This document shows positions 19,742 through 32,587 of a DNA stretch of 47,561 nucleotides, in pieces. The notes under the pieces were generated by a model. That model worked only from the letters and a program-made list of their open reading frames with translations. It was not told the origin of the DNA and did no database searches. Position 1 is the first letter of the stretch. Each line of letters begins with the position of its first letter. A program made the translations under genes and the position numbers. Origin of the DNA: a phage; the sequence record PZ324410.1. One strand, written 5' to 3'.

Positions 19742-20026
19742 ATGAACGGAGCACTAAGACAAGTCGCAGAGCAGATTATAAGCGGGACGACAGGACAGGT
19801 GATTGATAAGGCTGGATATGCTTCTATTGGAACCGGCATCGGCCTGAAAGTTGCAGAGCAAACACCTGTCACGCAATCTTATTTTGAGGCTATGATTCCA
19901 CACGGCCTGACAGAGTGGGCGGCAGTAGCGTCAATCCTCGGCGCTCTGTCTCTGGTAATAAAGAACCTGTTTGAAATGTGGTGGAAGGTACGGGAGTCGA
20001 AAAAAAATGGCAGCACCAACACCTGA
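19742..20026 (+). CDS. hypothetical protein with C-terminal hydrophobic segment
   Basis: 94-aa ORF; overlaps start of neck gene. Confidence 0.35.
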   Translation: MNGALRQVAEQIISGTTGQVIDKAGYASIGTGIGLKVAEQTPVTQSYFEAMIPHGLTEWAAVASILGALSLVIKNLFEMWWKVRESKKNGSTNT

Positions 20027-20399
20027 AGAATTAGTAAGCCAGATGGCATCCCGTGGAATGACTATCACCACAACGGATGCGTCAGGTATTCTGTGCCTTG
20101 TGGCATCAATCAGCGAATGCCTTGAGCTGAACTATCCCAATGATGAATGCCGACAAAATGCGATCATGCTGTGGGCCTCCATCCTGATTAGCGCGAATAC
20201 TGCAGGGCGCTACGTTACCAGTCAAAGTGCACCATCTGGTGCATCACAATCATTCGCGTATGGCAGTAAGCCGTGGGTGGCGCTGTACAATCAGATGAAA
20301 CTACTGGATACGGCAGGATGCACTGGCGATTTGGTTGAAGACCCTGACGGAAGCGGTAAACCGTGGTTTGCGGTTGTGCGCGGGAGTAAGTGCAAATGA
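20007..20399 (+). CDS. putative head-tail connector/adaptor protein
   Basis: ORF trimmed to ATG 20007; first of four coupled neck-sized genes between capsid and tail modules. Confidence 0.45.
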   Translation: MAAPTPEELVSQMASRGMTITTTDASGILCLVASISECLELNYPNDECRQNAIMLWASILISANTAGRYVTSQSAPSGASQSFAYGSKPWVALYNQMKLLDTAGCTGDLVEDPDGSGKPWFAVVRGSKCK

Positions 20400-20737
20400 C
20401 TTCGCTTGCTAACTGGAGCTACACGCAACCATGCACCATCTGGCACAAAAGCGGCACTGACAAGTACGGAAAGCCAACTTTTGATGCACCAGTAAGCATC
20501 ATGTGCGATTATGGCTTTAATGATGATGTATCGACAGATGCGAAAGGCAATGAGATTGTGCAGAAAAATACCTTCTGGACAGAATACACTGGCGCTAAGG
20601 TGGGTGATTACATCATGATTGGCACGGTGACAGAAGTTGACCCACTGGCAGCTGGTGCAAACCAGATTCTGAATGTGATTAATTATGGCTCAACTTTCAA
20701 CAGGGCAGAGCCGCCAGACTTTGCATTGGTGACATAA
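20396..20737 (+). CDS. putative head-tail joining protein
   Basis: ATGA overlap with previous gene; position in neck module. Confidence 0.45.
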   Translation: MTSLANWSYTQPCTIWHKSGTDKYGKPTFDAPVSIMCDYGFNDDVSTDAKGNEIVQKNTFWTEYTGAKVGDYIMIGTVTEVDPLAAGANQILNVINYGSTFNRAEPPDFALVT

Positions 20738-21135
20738 TGCCAGCGAAATTAAGAGGCGTCAGGCAGGCTGTGGAGAGAACTTCGCAAATTGTGGATGAGA
20801 TAATCGCCACGAAAGCTGTGCGTGCGATCAAGTCGGCGACATATATCATCCGCACCGAATCAGCCACGCTAACGCCAATTGATACATCGACTCTGATTAA
20901 CAGTCAGTTTGATACTGTGGAAGTTAGCGGAACGCGAATCACTGGCAAGGTTGGTTATTCTGCAAAATATGCCCTGTACGTCCACAATGCCAGCGGCAAA
21001 CTTACAGGGAAACCGCGCAGCAATGGTAATGGCACATATTGGAGTCCTGGTGGTGAACCACAATTCCTGACCAAAGCAGCGCAGCGCACAAAAGACCTTG
21101 TTGATGGCGTGATTAAGAAGGAGATGACACTCTAA
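20737..21135 (+). CDS. putative neck/tail component (HK97 gp10-like position)
   Basis: 132-aa ORF, coupled. Confidence 0.4.
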   Translation: MPAKLRGVRQAVERTSQIVDEIIATKAVRAIKSATYIIRTESATLTPIDTSTLINSQFDTVEVSGTRITGKVGYSAKYALYVHNASGKLTGKPRSNGNGTYWSPGGEPQFLTKAAQRTKDLVDGVIKKEMTL

Positions 21136-21509
21136 TGAATATGCTTGAACTGGTTGATGCATATCTTCAGGATGCAGGATTGTATGATGGCTGGACTTCT
21201 CAGTTGCAGTTCTGGAATGATACCGGAGATGGCAACGAGCAATTTATTGTCCTGCAATCCAATGGCGGCACACAGGTGATGGATGGCCTCGGCGGTGACT
21301 TCTATTTCTCATTGTATATTGTCGGCAAACATGGACAGTATAACGTGTCGGATGTTGATGCGAAGGCGCTGGAGATTATCGAATACATCAAAACCCATCC
21401 GATTGATTCATGCGTTAACTACATCCAGTTGCAGGCTCCTCTCGGACGACCAATGTTGACGGAAGAGAAGCGCCCTGTGCATGAGTTGCTTTTGCGGGTT
21501 GTGAAATAA
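21135..21509 (+). CDS. putative tail completion/terminator protein
   Basis: 124-aa ORF ending at strong terminator. Confidence 0.4.
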   Translation: MNMLELVDAYLQDAGLYDGWTSQLQFWNDTGDGNEQFIVLQSNGGTQVMDGLGGDFYFSLYIVGKHGQYNVSDVDAKALEIIEYIKTHPIDSCVNYIQLQAPLGRPMLTEEKRPVHELLLRVVK

Positions 21510-21513
21510 ATAA

Positions 21514-21536
21514 AGCCGCATAAAGCGGCTTTTAAT
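21514..21536 (+). terminator. rho-independent terminator
   Basis: agccgc ataa agcggct hairpin then TTTTAATTT. Confidence 0.6.
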
Positions 21537-21537
21537 T

Positions 21538-21614
21538 TGGTGGACACGGACGGATTTGAACCTTCAATCAGCCGATTATGAGTCGGTTGCTTTAACCAAT
21601 TAAGCTACGCGTCC
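21538..21614 (-). tRNA. tRNA with CAU anticodon (Met or Ile2), CCA encoded
   Basis: hand-folded on minus strand: 7-bp acceptor stem GGACGCG/CGTGTCC, D-arm GCTT-AATTGGTTA-AAGC, anticodon loop CUCAUAA, T-loop GGTTCAAATCC; one mismatch each in anticodon and T stems. Confidence 0.6.
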
Positions 21615-22021
21615 ATAAGTGCTGGTTTAAGCATTGCCAGCGTGCTTTCTTAACACCCAGCCCCGTAACCCATACATACCCCTACATATGATTGCGATAA
21701 TGCTGGATGTTAAGTGTTGTGGTGTCCGGTGCTATCCCGGACTGCATTCGTCGCCATGGTGAGCCTTTACCTCACCATCTAGCTCATTCACCTCAACGGA
21801 AAGAGCACTGGAACTTGGGCTGGGTATTACCGCATGTCTTTCAACTTCGAACCAAGGCTGACATTACCCAATGCTCTTACCTGTTGTGTGCCGGTTACGC
21901 GTCCGGCGTCTCTCGACCGCTAATTGTAATTGAAGGATTGGCTGTAATTAAATGAAATCAGGGAACCAATCGCTGTTAATTCCAAATCTACACCACAAAA
22001 TAATCACTGTCAACTATGATG
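21615..22021. other. about 400-bp non-coding region with several perfect hairpins
   Basis: gtccgg-N7-ccggac (21723..21741), atggtgag-N7-ctcaccat (21755..21777), gccgg-ttacgcgt-ccggc; only a weak plus ORF, none on minus. Confidence 0.35.
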
Positions 22022-22687
22022 TTAAATCAAGCCTTCGTCAGTTAGCTTGCCGATAATCCACATCTCTCCTTCAGCATAAAACATAGCTTGTGAGTGCCCT
22101 GTTTCTGTCTCGCGCATAATGCCGTATCCTTTGTCGATGAACCATTGCTGGAAGACTCGTCCACGCTTAACAGAGCGATTGTACACATCGAATTGCTCAA
22201 GCTGTCTGTTTAGCCATACTGCTGACTGTCCAAACTTCTGTGCAACCTGTGTTGCATTGTAAAGATTGTTTCGCTCAACGATGCGATCATAGACATCTGC
22301 TTTTGGTGCCATCTCCTTGTTTTCAAGCGCAAGCTTCTCTTTCTCTTTCTCTGAGGCAAGTAATGCCTCCAGTGCTTCAATATAGTTTTGCGGAAGATTT
22401 GGCTTGCTAACCTGCGATTCCAGTTCTTGCCATCGTCTAATGATGGCAGCGCGCATTTTGATGCTATATCCTGACACCAGAATTAATGTTTCCTCCTTAT
22501 CCAAAAGAAGCATTTGATACGTGCGCCCTCTGCTGTCTTTGTAATCTCCTAACTTTTCAGGAGATTGAATTTCAGCTAACATTTTTCGTATGTCAGCCAA
22601 AACATTGTCATGCCGTTTCCCTGTCAACTCCGAAATCTCACGGCTTGACATGGTTTGCACTTTACCAACATTCATTAATGCGTTCAT
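22022..22687 (-). CDS. Rha/ORF6N-type phage regulatory protein with KilA-C-like C-terminal domain (antirepressor-like)
   Basis: N-terminal SSREISELTGKRHDNVLADIRKM motif; coiled-coil linker; C-terminal KilAC-like segment. Confidence 0.55.
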   Translation of the reverse strand: MNALMNVGKVQTMSSREISELTGKRHDNVLADIRKMLAEIQSPEKLGDYKDSRGRTYQMLLLDKEETLILVSGYSIKMRAAIIRRWQELESQVSKPNLPQNYIEALEALLASEKEKEKLALENKEMAPKADVYDRIVERNNLYNATQVAQKFGQSAVWLNRQLEQFDVYNRSVKRGRVFQQWFIDKGYGIMRETETGHSQAMFYAEGEMWIIGKLTDEGLI

Positions 22688-22826
22688 GATTTCCTCCTTT
22701 GTTTAACTCCATTATCTACATCAACACAAACTCATCAAATCAATCTGCTTATCGTGACAAGCAAGGTTGCTTATACTGCTGTGATATAATCACCACGTTA
22801 GCAGCTAACACAATTCGGAGATCGAA

Positions 22827-23543
22827 ATGGCTATTTGTGCAAATGATAAAGGCGTTCTGGTCGGTCGCATGACCCGACTGTTCCTTGCTGAGGGGTGCGG
22901 TGACGCAGTTCCGGAAGCAGGAGACTGGAAGTATTTAGGCTCAACCACCAGTAAAGGCGTTGACTACTCTCCGCAGACCACCACGTCGGAAGCGGATACC
23001 GCTGGCGGCTTTGTTTCCACTCTCGTTACCAGCTCTGATATGACCATCAGTGCAGAGGTGGAAATCCGCAAGAATGACCCGAGCGATGAGTTTGGCTTCC
23101 ATCGTCTGGTTGAGATTTACGCCACCGAACTGAAAGCGCGTCGCCAGCCTTCCTTGTGGGTGCGTCAGGTGACTGGTGCAACTATCGTTACCGCGTACTG
23201 CAACATCACCAGTATCAGCTATGAAGGTGGCACGAACGACATCGTAACCGGAAGCCTTGAGTTTAAGGTTTACGATTCTGCCAGTGTTACCGTAGAAAGC
23301 CTTGAACCTCTGGCGTTCACTACCGACCTGCAATCAACTGGTACTGCTGGCAGCCCGTTAACTGTTGCTGTTGAAGGTGGCGTCTCTCCTTACACCTACG
23401 TGTGGCGTAAAGATGGCGCGGTAGTTAGTGGTGAATCTGGCGCATCTCTGGCAAGCCCTACCGCTGGCGTGTACACCGTAACGGTGACTGATTCGTCTAC
23501 TGACCCAGAGATTATTATCAGCACGGCTTGCACCGTATCCTGA
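22827..23543 (+). CDS. major tail protein with C-terminal Ig-like domain
   Basis: 238 aa preceding chaperone and tape measure; C-terminal Thr/Ser/Val-rich beta-rich region consistent with Ig-like fold. Confidence 0.65.
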   Translation: MAICANDKGVLVGRMTRLFLAEGCGDAVPEAGDWKYLGSTTSKGVDYSPQTTTSEADTAGGFVSTLVTSSDMTISAEVEIRKNDPSDEFGFHRLVEIYATELKARRQPSLWVRQVTGATIVTAYCNITSISYEGGTNDIVTGSLEFKVYDSASVTVESLEPLAFTTDLQSTGTAGSPLTVAVEGGVSPYTYVWRKDGAVVSGESGASLASPTAGVYTVTVTDSSTDPEIIISTACTVS

Positions 23544-23551
23544 TAAAGAAA

Positions 23552-23577
23552 AAGCCCCGAAAGGGGCTTTGTTTTAT
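23552..23577. terminator. bidirectional rho-independent terminator
   Basis: aaagcccc gaaa ggggcttt hairpin then TTTT. Confidence 0.6.
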
Positions 23578-23777
23578 TCTTGTGGTGGTTTTGGGAGTGG
23601 CATCCAGTGGGAAAACACTCCCATGCTGAGTTCCCCGTAGTCTGCCTGGAAATCGCACCAAGTCTCACCGTCCCACTCGTACACATTGTTCTGGACAGCA
23701 CAACCAATACTACTGACCACCAAAACTGGTTGGCCAGGATCAGGCATCCGCTCACTGCACTTAATCCACTGGCTCAT
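23574..23777 (-). CDS. DUF551-like protein
   Basis: C-terminal HWMPLPKPP motif characteristic of DUF551 phage proteins. Confidence 0.55.
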   Translation of the reverse strand: MSQWIKCSERMPDPGQPVLVVSSIGCAVQNNVYEWDGETWCDFQADYGELSMGVFSHWMPLPKPPQE

Positions 23778-23917
23778 ATCACCTTATCCTCATCAAAAAT
23801 CACACCAATCACACGAAGCAAGTCTTTCGCCATGCGCTCGGCTTCTTCGTAATCGTAACCTGCATCGACATACAAATCAGTGTAGAAAATCAGGTCTGCT
23901 TTTGTTTGTTCGTTCAC
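23774..23917 (-). CDS. hypothetical small protein
   Basis: hand-called 46-aa ORF with GTG start and GGTGAGGTGA RBS; TGA overlaps downstream ATG. Confidence 0.25.
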   Translation of the reverse strand: MNEQTKADLIFYTDLYVDAGYDYEEAERMAKDLLRVIGVIFDEDKVI

Positions 23918-23930
23918 AGTCTTTATCACC

Positions 23931-24203
23931 TCACCAGCACAATGCTATGAGCATAAAAACACAGAGTGCGTAAGGAACAATTGTGTTATTAGTTAGCGGT
24001 TGCTCGCCAAAGCATAGAATCCACCCCCCGACGCCAACCCCATCAATGGTCAAGCTATCAGGATGTGCTAGCTTTGGTAATTCCCCATCGAATCTGTATC
24101 CACATCCATATGCGTCAATCACAACGCCATTTCTGCTATCTACTACACACCCATCATTAAAGTGACCACAAATTTTCCAATTAATTTCTGTATCTGTCAT
24201 CAT
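23931..24203 (-). CDS. hypothetical protein
   Basis: 90-aa ORF downstream of repeat-bearing promoter region. Confidence 0.4.
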   Translation of the reverse strand: MMTDTEINWKICGHFNDGCVVDSRNGVVIDAYGCGYRFDGELPKLAHPDSLTIDGVGVGGWILCFGEQPLTNNTIVPYALCVFMLIALCW

Positions 24204-24274
24204 AAACGCCTCAATCTACATCAGCATAATGTTAATCTACACCACGGCGGCGCAACCTGTCAAATGATTGTGAG

Positions 24275-24757
24275 TTACTTTTTGCCGTGGTTTTCATGAA
24301 AGTTATAATAAATTTCTGCATTTTTTCTAGCTCTCCCTGCATCATTGATATCACTAAAAAAACCCAATGAAATCTCTTTCTTGTTAACTGATATTCTCGC
24401 CCTCCACTTCCCCATTCTTTTGGACCAGCTAACGCCAACAATACCACTTGTGTTATCTATCCTTTTTGAAAGATTTACACTGTTTTCTTGCCTGCTTACA
24501 ATCCTCAGGTTTTCAATTCTGTTATCCAGCCTGTCATGGTTAATGTGATCAATCTCCATACCGTCAGGTATTGGGCCGTTATGCATTTCCCATATAACTC
24601 TATGCACAAGCTGCGTTTTGCCAAACAAGCTAACCTGCAAATAACCATCTGGTCGAACAGTTCCTGCATTATGACCAGCCATGGCATTTGAAGACCTCCT
24701 TGCTTTCCATTTCAAGGCACCACAATCATATTCAAAAATATCATCCAAAATATTCAT
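24275..24757 (-). CDS. HNH homing endonuclease (HNH + AP2-like)
   Basis: LVHRVIWEMHNGPIPDGMEIDHINHDRLDNRIENLR and GIVGVSW motifs; paralog of 46263..46766. Confidence 0.7.
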   Translation of the reverse strand: MNILDDIFEYDCGALKWKARRSSNAMAGHNAGTVRPDGYLQVSLFGKTQLVHRVIWEMHNGPIPDGMEIDHINHDRLDNRIENLRIVSRQENSVNLSKRIDNTSGIVGVSWSKRMGKWRARISVNKKEISLGFFSDINDAGRARKNAEIYYNFHENHGKK

Positions 24758-24834
24758 CTTAAAACCACCAATCAAGACAATTAAGATACAAATCTACATC
24801 ATATCTACACCATCATCAATTGGTTTTCTCTCTA

Positions 24835-24843
24835 ATGATATAA
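24835..24843 (+). promoter_or_regulatory. extended -10 promoter TGaTATAAT
   Basis: exact TGnTATAAT about 28 nt upstream of tail chaperone ATG, preceded by two atctac repeats. Confidence 0.4.
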
Positions 24844-24870
24844 TGACTCATTGCAAGATAGAGGCTTGTT

Positions 24871-25575
24871 ATGAACAGAACACCATTGACAGATATTGGA
24901 GAAATGAGGATATCGCTTGCTGATACCTCATTTTTCTTTAAACCTTCATTTGGAGCAATGAACTCCATCGGCACACCAAAAGAAATCGTCGAGGTGTACG
25001 CTAAGCTCAATGGCATTGATTATGTTGCGCCATTGCAGCACGTCGAATACCTGCCATTTGGTGCGCAGATGCAGGTTATGAAGACTATCAGCAAGCCTGC
25101 GTATGGTCGCCATGTACTGAGTGCGGCCTACATCGTCATGCAGTCATGCTGTGAGGATGATGCTTCAGTGCTGATTGGTGGATGGAAGCCAACTCCGCGC
25201 GGCGTGCGATACGTACCGGGAATCATGCCAGTGAACGACATTATTATTATTGCTCGTAACCTGATGCAGCACGGCATCATCGGCAAGTCTCCACTCAAAG
25301 TTCCTGAACGTCTGGAAGAGCATGGCAAGAAAACTACAAACGAGTTTCATGCGTCTCAATACATCATATCAGCACGCACGCATTTCGACATGACGCGCGA
25401 TGAGGCCGAAAACCTGTCCATGACAGAGTTTCAGATGATGATTAAGAATAAATATCCAGAGCCGAAAGGATTAACGAAAGAAGAGCGCGCGGCAGAGTAC
25501 GATCAGGCTAAGGCAGACCGTGAGCGCATGAAGGCACTGGCTGAACGCAAAGCGAAAAAAGCGAGGAATACATAA
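24871..25575 (+). CDS. putative tail assembly chaperone
   Basis: ORF between major tail and tape measure genes; basic C-terminal tail; no convincing frameshift product found. Confidence 0.45.
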   Translation: MNRTPLTDIGEMRISLADTSFFFKPSFGAMNSIGTPKEIVEVYAKLNGIDYVAPLQHVEYLPFGAQMQVMKTISKPAYGRHVLSAAYIVMQSCCEDDASVLIGGWKPTPRGVRYVPGIMPVNDIIIIARNLMQHGIIGKSPLKVPERLEEHGKKTTNEFHASQYIISARTHFDMTRDEAENLSMTEFQMMIKNKYPEPKGLTKEERAAEYDQAKADRERMKALAERKAKKARNT

Positions 25576-27950
25576 TGGCTGAAGAAGTCGGCGGAATTGT
25601 CTACGAAGTCGGGATGGATGTTAAAGGCCTGAAAGCTGGCGCGACAACAGCCAATAAGACTTTAGATGACCTTGAATCATCAACCAACAAAACCACAAGC
25701 GCGCTTGGCAAGCTGGATAAAAACGCCAGAAATGCTGGCAGCGGAATGAAGAATGCTGGCGGCGCAGCTTCAGGGCTTAAAACCAGTATGTCTATGTTAG
25801 CTGGTGCCATCTCAGTGTCATTGATTATCGAATGGGGAAAAAGATTCCTTGAGGTTGCCGATAACATGACTCAGCTTCAGGCAAGGATTGCTCGCCTGTC
25901 AACTGACGCGAAAACCGCGAACGAAACATTCAGTTCACTGGCAAATATCGCCTCAACCACTGGCGCAAGCCTCAGTGAAACCACGAAGCTTTGGGAGACA
26001 TTAACATCATCACTGAAAGAGGCTGGCGCGACGAATGCGCAAGTTCTTAACCTTACCGATACCCTGCAAAAAATAGGTCGAATTGGCGGGTCATCAACCG
26101 AAGAAATGGCGAACGCCCTGCGCCAGTTCGGCCAGTCAATAGCATCTGGCACAATCCGCGCGGAAGAGTTCAACTCCATCCTTGAGCAGATGCCTGAACT
26201 TGCACGCCAGATAGCCGCTGGCCTTGGTATTTCAATGGGTGAACTTCGCGCTAGAATGCTTGACGGAAAACTGACGGCAGAAGATGCATTGAACGCCATT
26301 CAGGACAGAACAAGCGTCGTCAACGCTGAGTTTGAAAAACTTCCTCGCACAATGGATCAGGCCGTTGGTTCTCTGGAAGTTTCATTCTCCAAACTTGTGG
26401 TTGCTGTTAACGATGCTACTGGCGCGTCAAAAACAGCAGTGGAGATTATCGACCAGCTGGCAAAATACATTGATTTCCTCGGCGACAAATCAACCAGCAC
26501 GAGTGATAAAATTCTGTCTCTCGCCACTGTTATTTCCAAGTTAAATCCCGGCGCGTGGGCGCAAATGGGAGTTGATGCGCTTTTTGGTGATGACGACATT
26601 GAGAAGCAGAAGAAATATAACGATCAGGTCGAGCGATTCGTTAAGGCATCGGCGGAAGGTTACGAACAGACAAAAAAACAGGCTGAAGCAACAAAACACC
26701 TGAAGATTGCGCAGGCACCAACCAAAGACAAAAAAGGCAAAGGAAAGGGCAAAAGCGCCGAAGAGCGACAAGCTGAATCAGTGGCTGAAAAGCTGGAGAA
26801 ATTACGCCAGCAAACCATGCTCAATGCCACATCTACCAGCGAACTCTCCCGCGAGCAAGCCATCCTCAATGCGCAACAATCGCTTGGCAAAGCCGCCACA
26901 CAGGAGCAGATAAAACTGGCTGGCGAGTATGCTGCGAAGATTTGGGACCAGAAGAATGCGCTGAAGGAACAGGCGGAAGCGGAGAAGGAAAGGCAGCGCG
27001 TAGAAAAATCATATCAGGGATTACGTGCCATTGCGTCACCAACGACTGGCATTGACAGTGAATACCAGCAACGCATGGCTGACCTTGATGCCTACGCCGC
27101 AGCATATCCGCAGAAAATCACGGAGATTGAGCAGACTCGCGCAGCAATTGAAGCACAATACCGCCAACAGCGAATGGATGCGATGTGGGCTGAATGGCAG
27201 CAACAAAGCCTCGGAGCGCAACTGTTCGGTACGGCGCTTGATTCGGCAATGAGCACGGCATCAAACAGCATAACCGGATTGCTGACAGGCACAATGAGTG
27301 TGCAGGATGCGATGCGCAGTCTAGGCTCTACGGTCCTTAACTCTCTGGTAAATAGTTTCGTCGAAATGGGCGTGCAGTGGGTTAAATCTGCGGTTATGGG
27401 GCAGGCGGCACAGGTTGCGGCAACGGCAACAACAACGGCTGCGCAAACGGCAGGACTGGCAACCACAACAGCAGCATCCACTGCGGCGGCAGCAACCACT
27501 ACGGCGGCATGGACTCCTGCGGCAATCGTAGCATCAATCGGCTCATTCGGTGGGGCGGCTGCAATTGGGGTTGGTGCCGTTCTCGGCGCACTGGCGATGG
27601 GCGTAGCTGGCAAGCGTAAGAATGGCGGCCCTGTTAGCGCAGGAAGCATGTACGAAGTAGGCGAGAATGGCTTGCCTGAGATATTCCAGGCGTCCAACGG
27701 TCGCCAGTACATGATTCCAGGCAACGATGGCTCAGTTATCAGCAACAAAGACCTGACAGGAGGCAGCAGTGGCGTTGTGGTTTATAATAACGTCATCAAT
27801 AACAGCTCTGCTCAGGTTAGCAGCAGAGCCAGAGATAACGGTGATGGCAGCGTGACAATTGAGACTATCGTTAGTGACATCGAAAACAACGGCCCCATAG
27901 GGCAAAGCATTAGCCGCAACTACTCAGCAAACCGGAGAGCAACCGAATAA
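25575..27950 (+). CDS. tail tape measure protein
   Basis: 791 aa, long helical/coiled-coil regions and Ala/Thr/Gly-rich segment with hydrophobic stretch. Confidence 0.8.
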   Translation: MAEEVGGIVYEVGMDVKGLKAGATTANKTLDDLESSTNKTTSALGKLDKNARNAGSGMKNAGGAASGLKTSMSMLAGAISVSLIIEWGKRFLEVADNMTQLQARIARLSTDAKTANETFSSLANIASTTGASLSETTKLWETLTSSLKEAGATNAQVLNLTDTLQKIGRIGGSSTEEMANALRQFGQSIASGTIRAEEFNSILEQMPELARQIAAGLGISMGELRARMLDGKLTAEDALNAIQDRTSVVNAEFEKLPRTMDQAVGSLEVSFSKLVVAVNDATGASKTAVEIIDQLAKYIDFLGDKSTSTSDKILSLATVISKLNPGAWAQMGVDALFGDDDIEKQKKYNDQVERFVKASAEGYEQTKKQAEATKHLKIAQAPTKDKKGKGKGKSAEERQAESVAEKLEKLRQQTMLNATSTSELSREQAILNAQQSLGKAATQEQIKLAGEYAAKIWDQKNALKEQAEAEKERQRVEKSYQGLRAIASPTTGIDSEYQQRMADLDAYAAAYPQKITEIEQTRAAIEAQYRQQRMDAMWAEWQQQSLGAQLFGTALDSAMSTASNSITGLLTGTMSVQDAMRSLGSTVLNSLVNSFVEMGVQWVKSAVMGQAAQVAATATTTAAQTAGLATTTAASTAAAATTTAAWTPAAIVASIGSFGGAAAIGVGAVLGALAMGVAGKRKNGGPVSAGSMYEVGENGLPEIFQASNGRQYMIPGNDGSVISNKDLTGGSSGVVVYNNVINNSSAQVSSRARDNGDGSVTIETIVSDIENNGPIGQSISRNYSANRRATE

Positions 27951-28422
27951 TGGCTATCATCAAATACCCTGACTGGCTGCCACTCGCACAGCGCGCCAGC
28001 AAAAACCTTACTTTTCAAACCCCTTTCAGGAAGGATACCCCAGCCGTTGGGGCGCCGATATTTCAAAAATTAACGACTGACGTCGCAGTCACATGGAGCA
28101 TTACGTGGGTCTTTACACTGGAACAAGAGCGGGCTTTTATGCAGTGGTTAAGGAGTTCAAAATACCTCAACCACTGCAACAACTGGTTCACCATGATGAT
28201 TGACCTCGGCGGTAGTGGATTGCAGGAGCAGACGCTGCACTTTACCGATTACCCGGTGCAGACAAGCATTGATGGCGGCGTGGTTACGTGGACTGGCAAT
28301 GTCATCGCTAAAAAGCTCAATAACACGATGGATGAGTTTGATGATGTTCTGGTTGAGCTTGATTACAGATGGTATAGCTTCCTTGATGAAACTGTAAGCA
28401 GAGAACTGCCAGAACACAGCAA

Positions 28423-28426
<4 letters not shown>
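27950..28426 (+). CDS. minor tail protein (lambda M-like position)
   Basis: 158-aa ORF immediately after tape measure. Confidence 0.55.
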
Positions 28427-32548
<4,122 letters not shown>

Positions 32549-32587
32549 TACAATATACATCAAATTCACAAAGGAGCATTTATTATA

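Noticed and set aside
21538-21614. tRNA as a phage attachment site marking a prophage boundary
   Set aside because: No integrase, excisionase or CI-type repressor anywhere in the window, and the tRNA is complete with encoded CCA; more consistent with a phage-borne tRNA.
21707-21955. 82-aa plus-strand ORF in the non-coding segment next to the tRNA
   Set aside because: No RBS, Pro/His/Leu-rich low-complexity translation, and the DNA is dominated by perfect hairpins; treated as non-coding.
25540-25580. Possible programmed -1 frameshift (A-run gcgaaaaaagcg) at the end of the tail chaperone gene, by analogy with lambda G/GT
   Set aside because: The A6 run is not a canonical X XXY YYZ heptamer in frame, and the -1 frame hits a stop within about 8 codons, so no extended product would result.
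27092-27748. 218-aa Ala-rich antisense ORF inside the tape measure gene, with other antisense ORFs at 25601..26299 and 26866..27105
   Set aside because: Shadow ORFs created by the Ala/Thr/Gly-rich codon bias of the tape measure gene.
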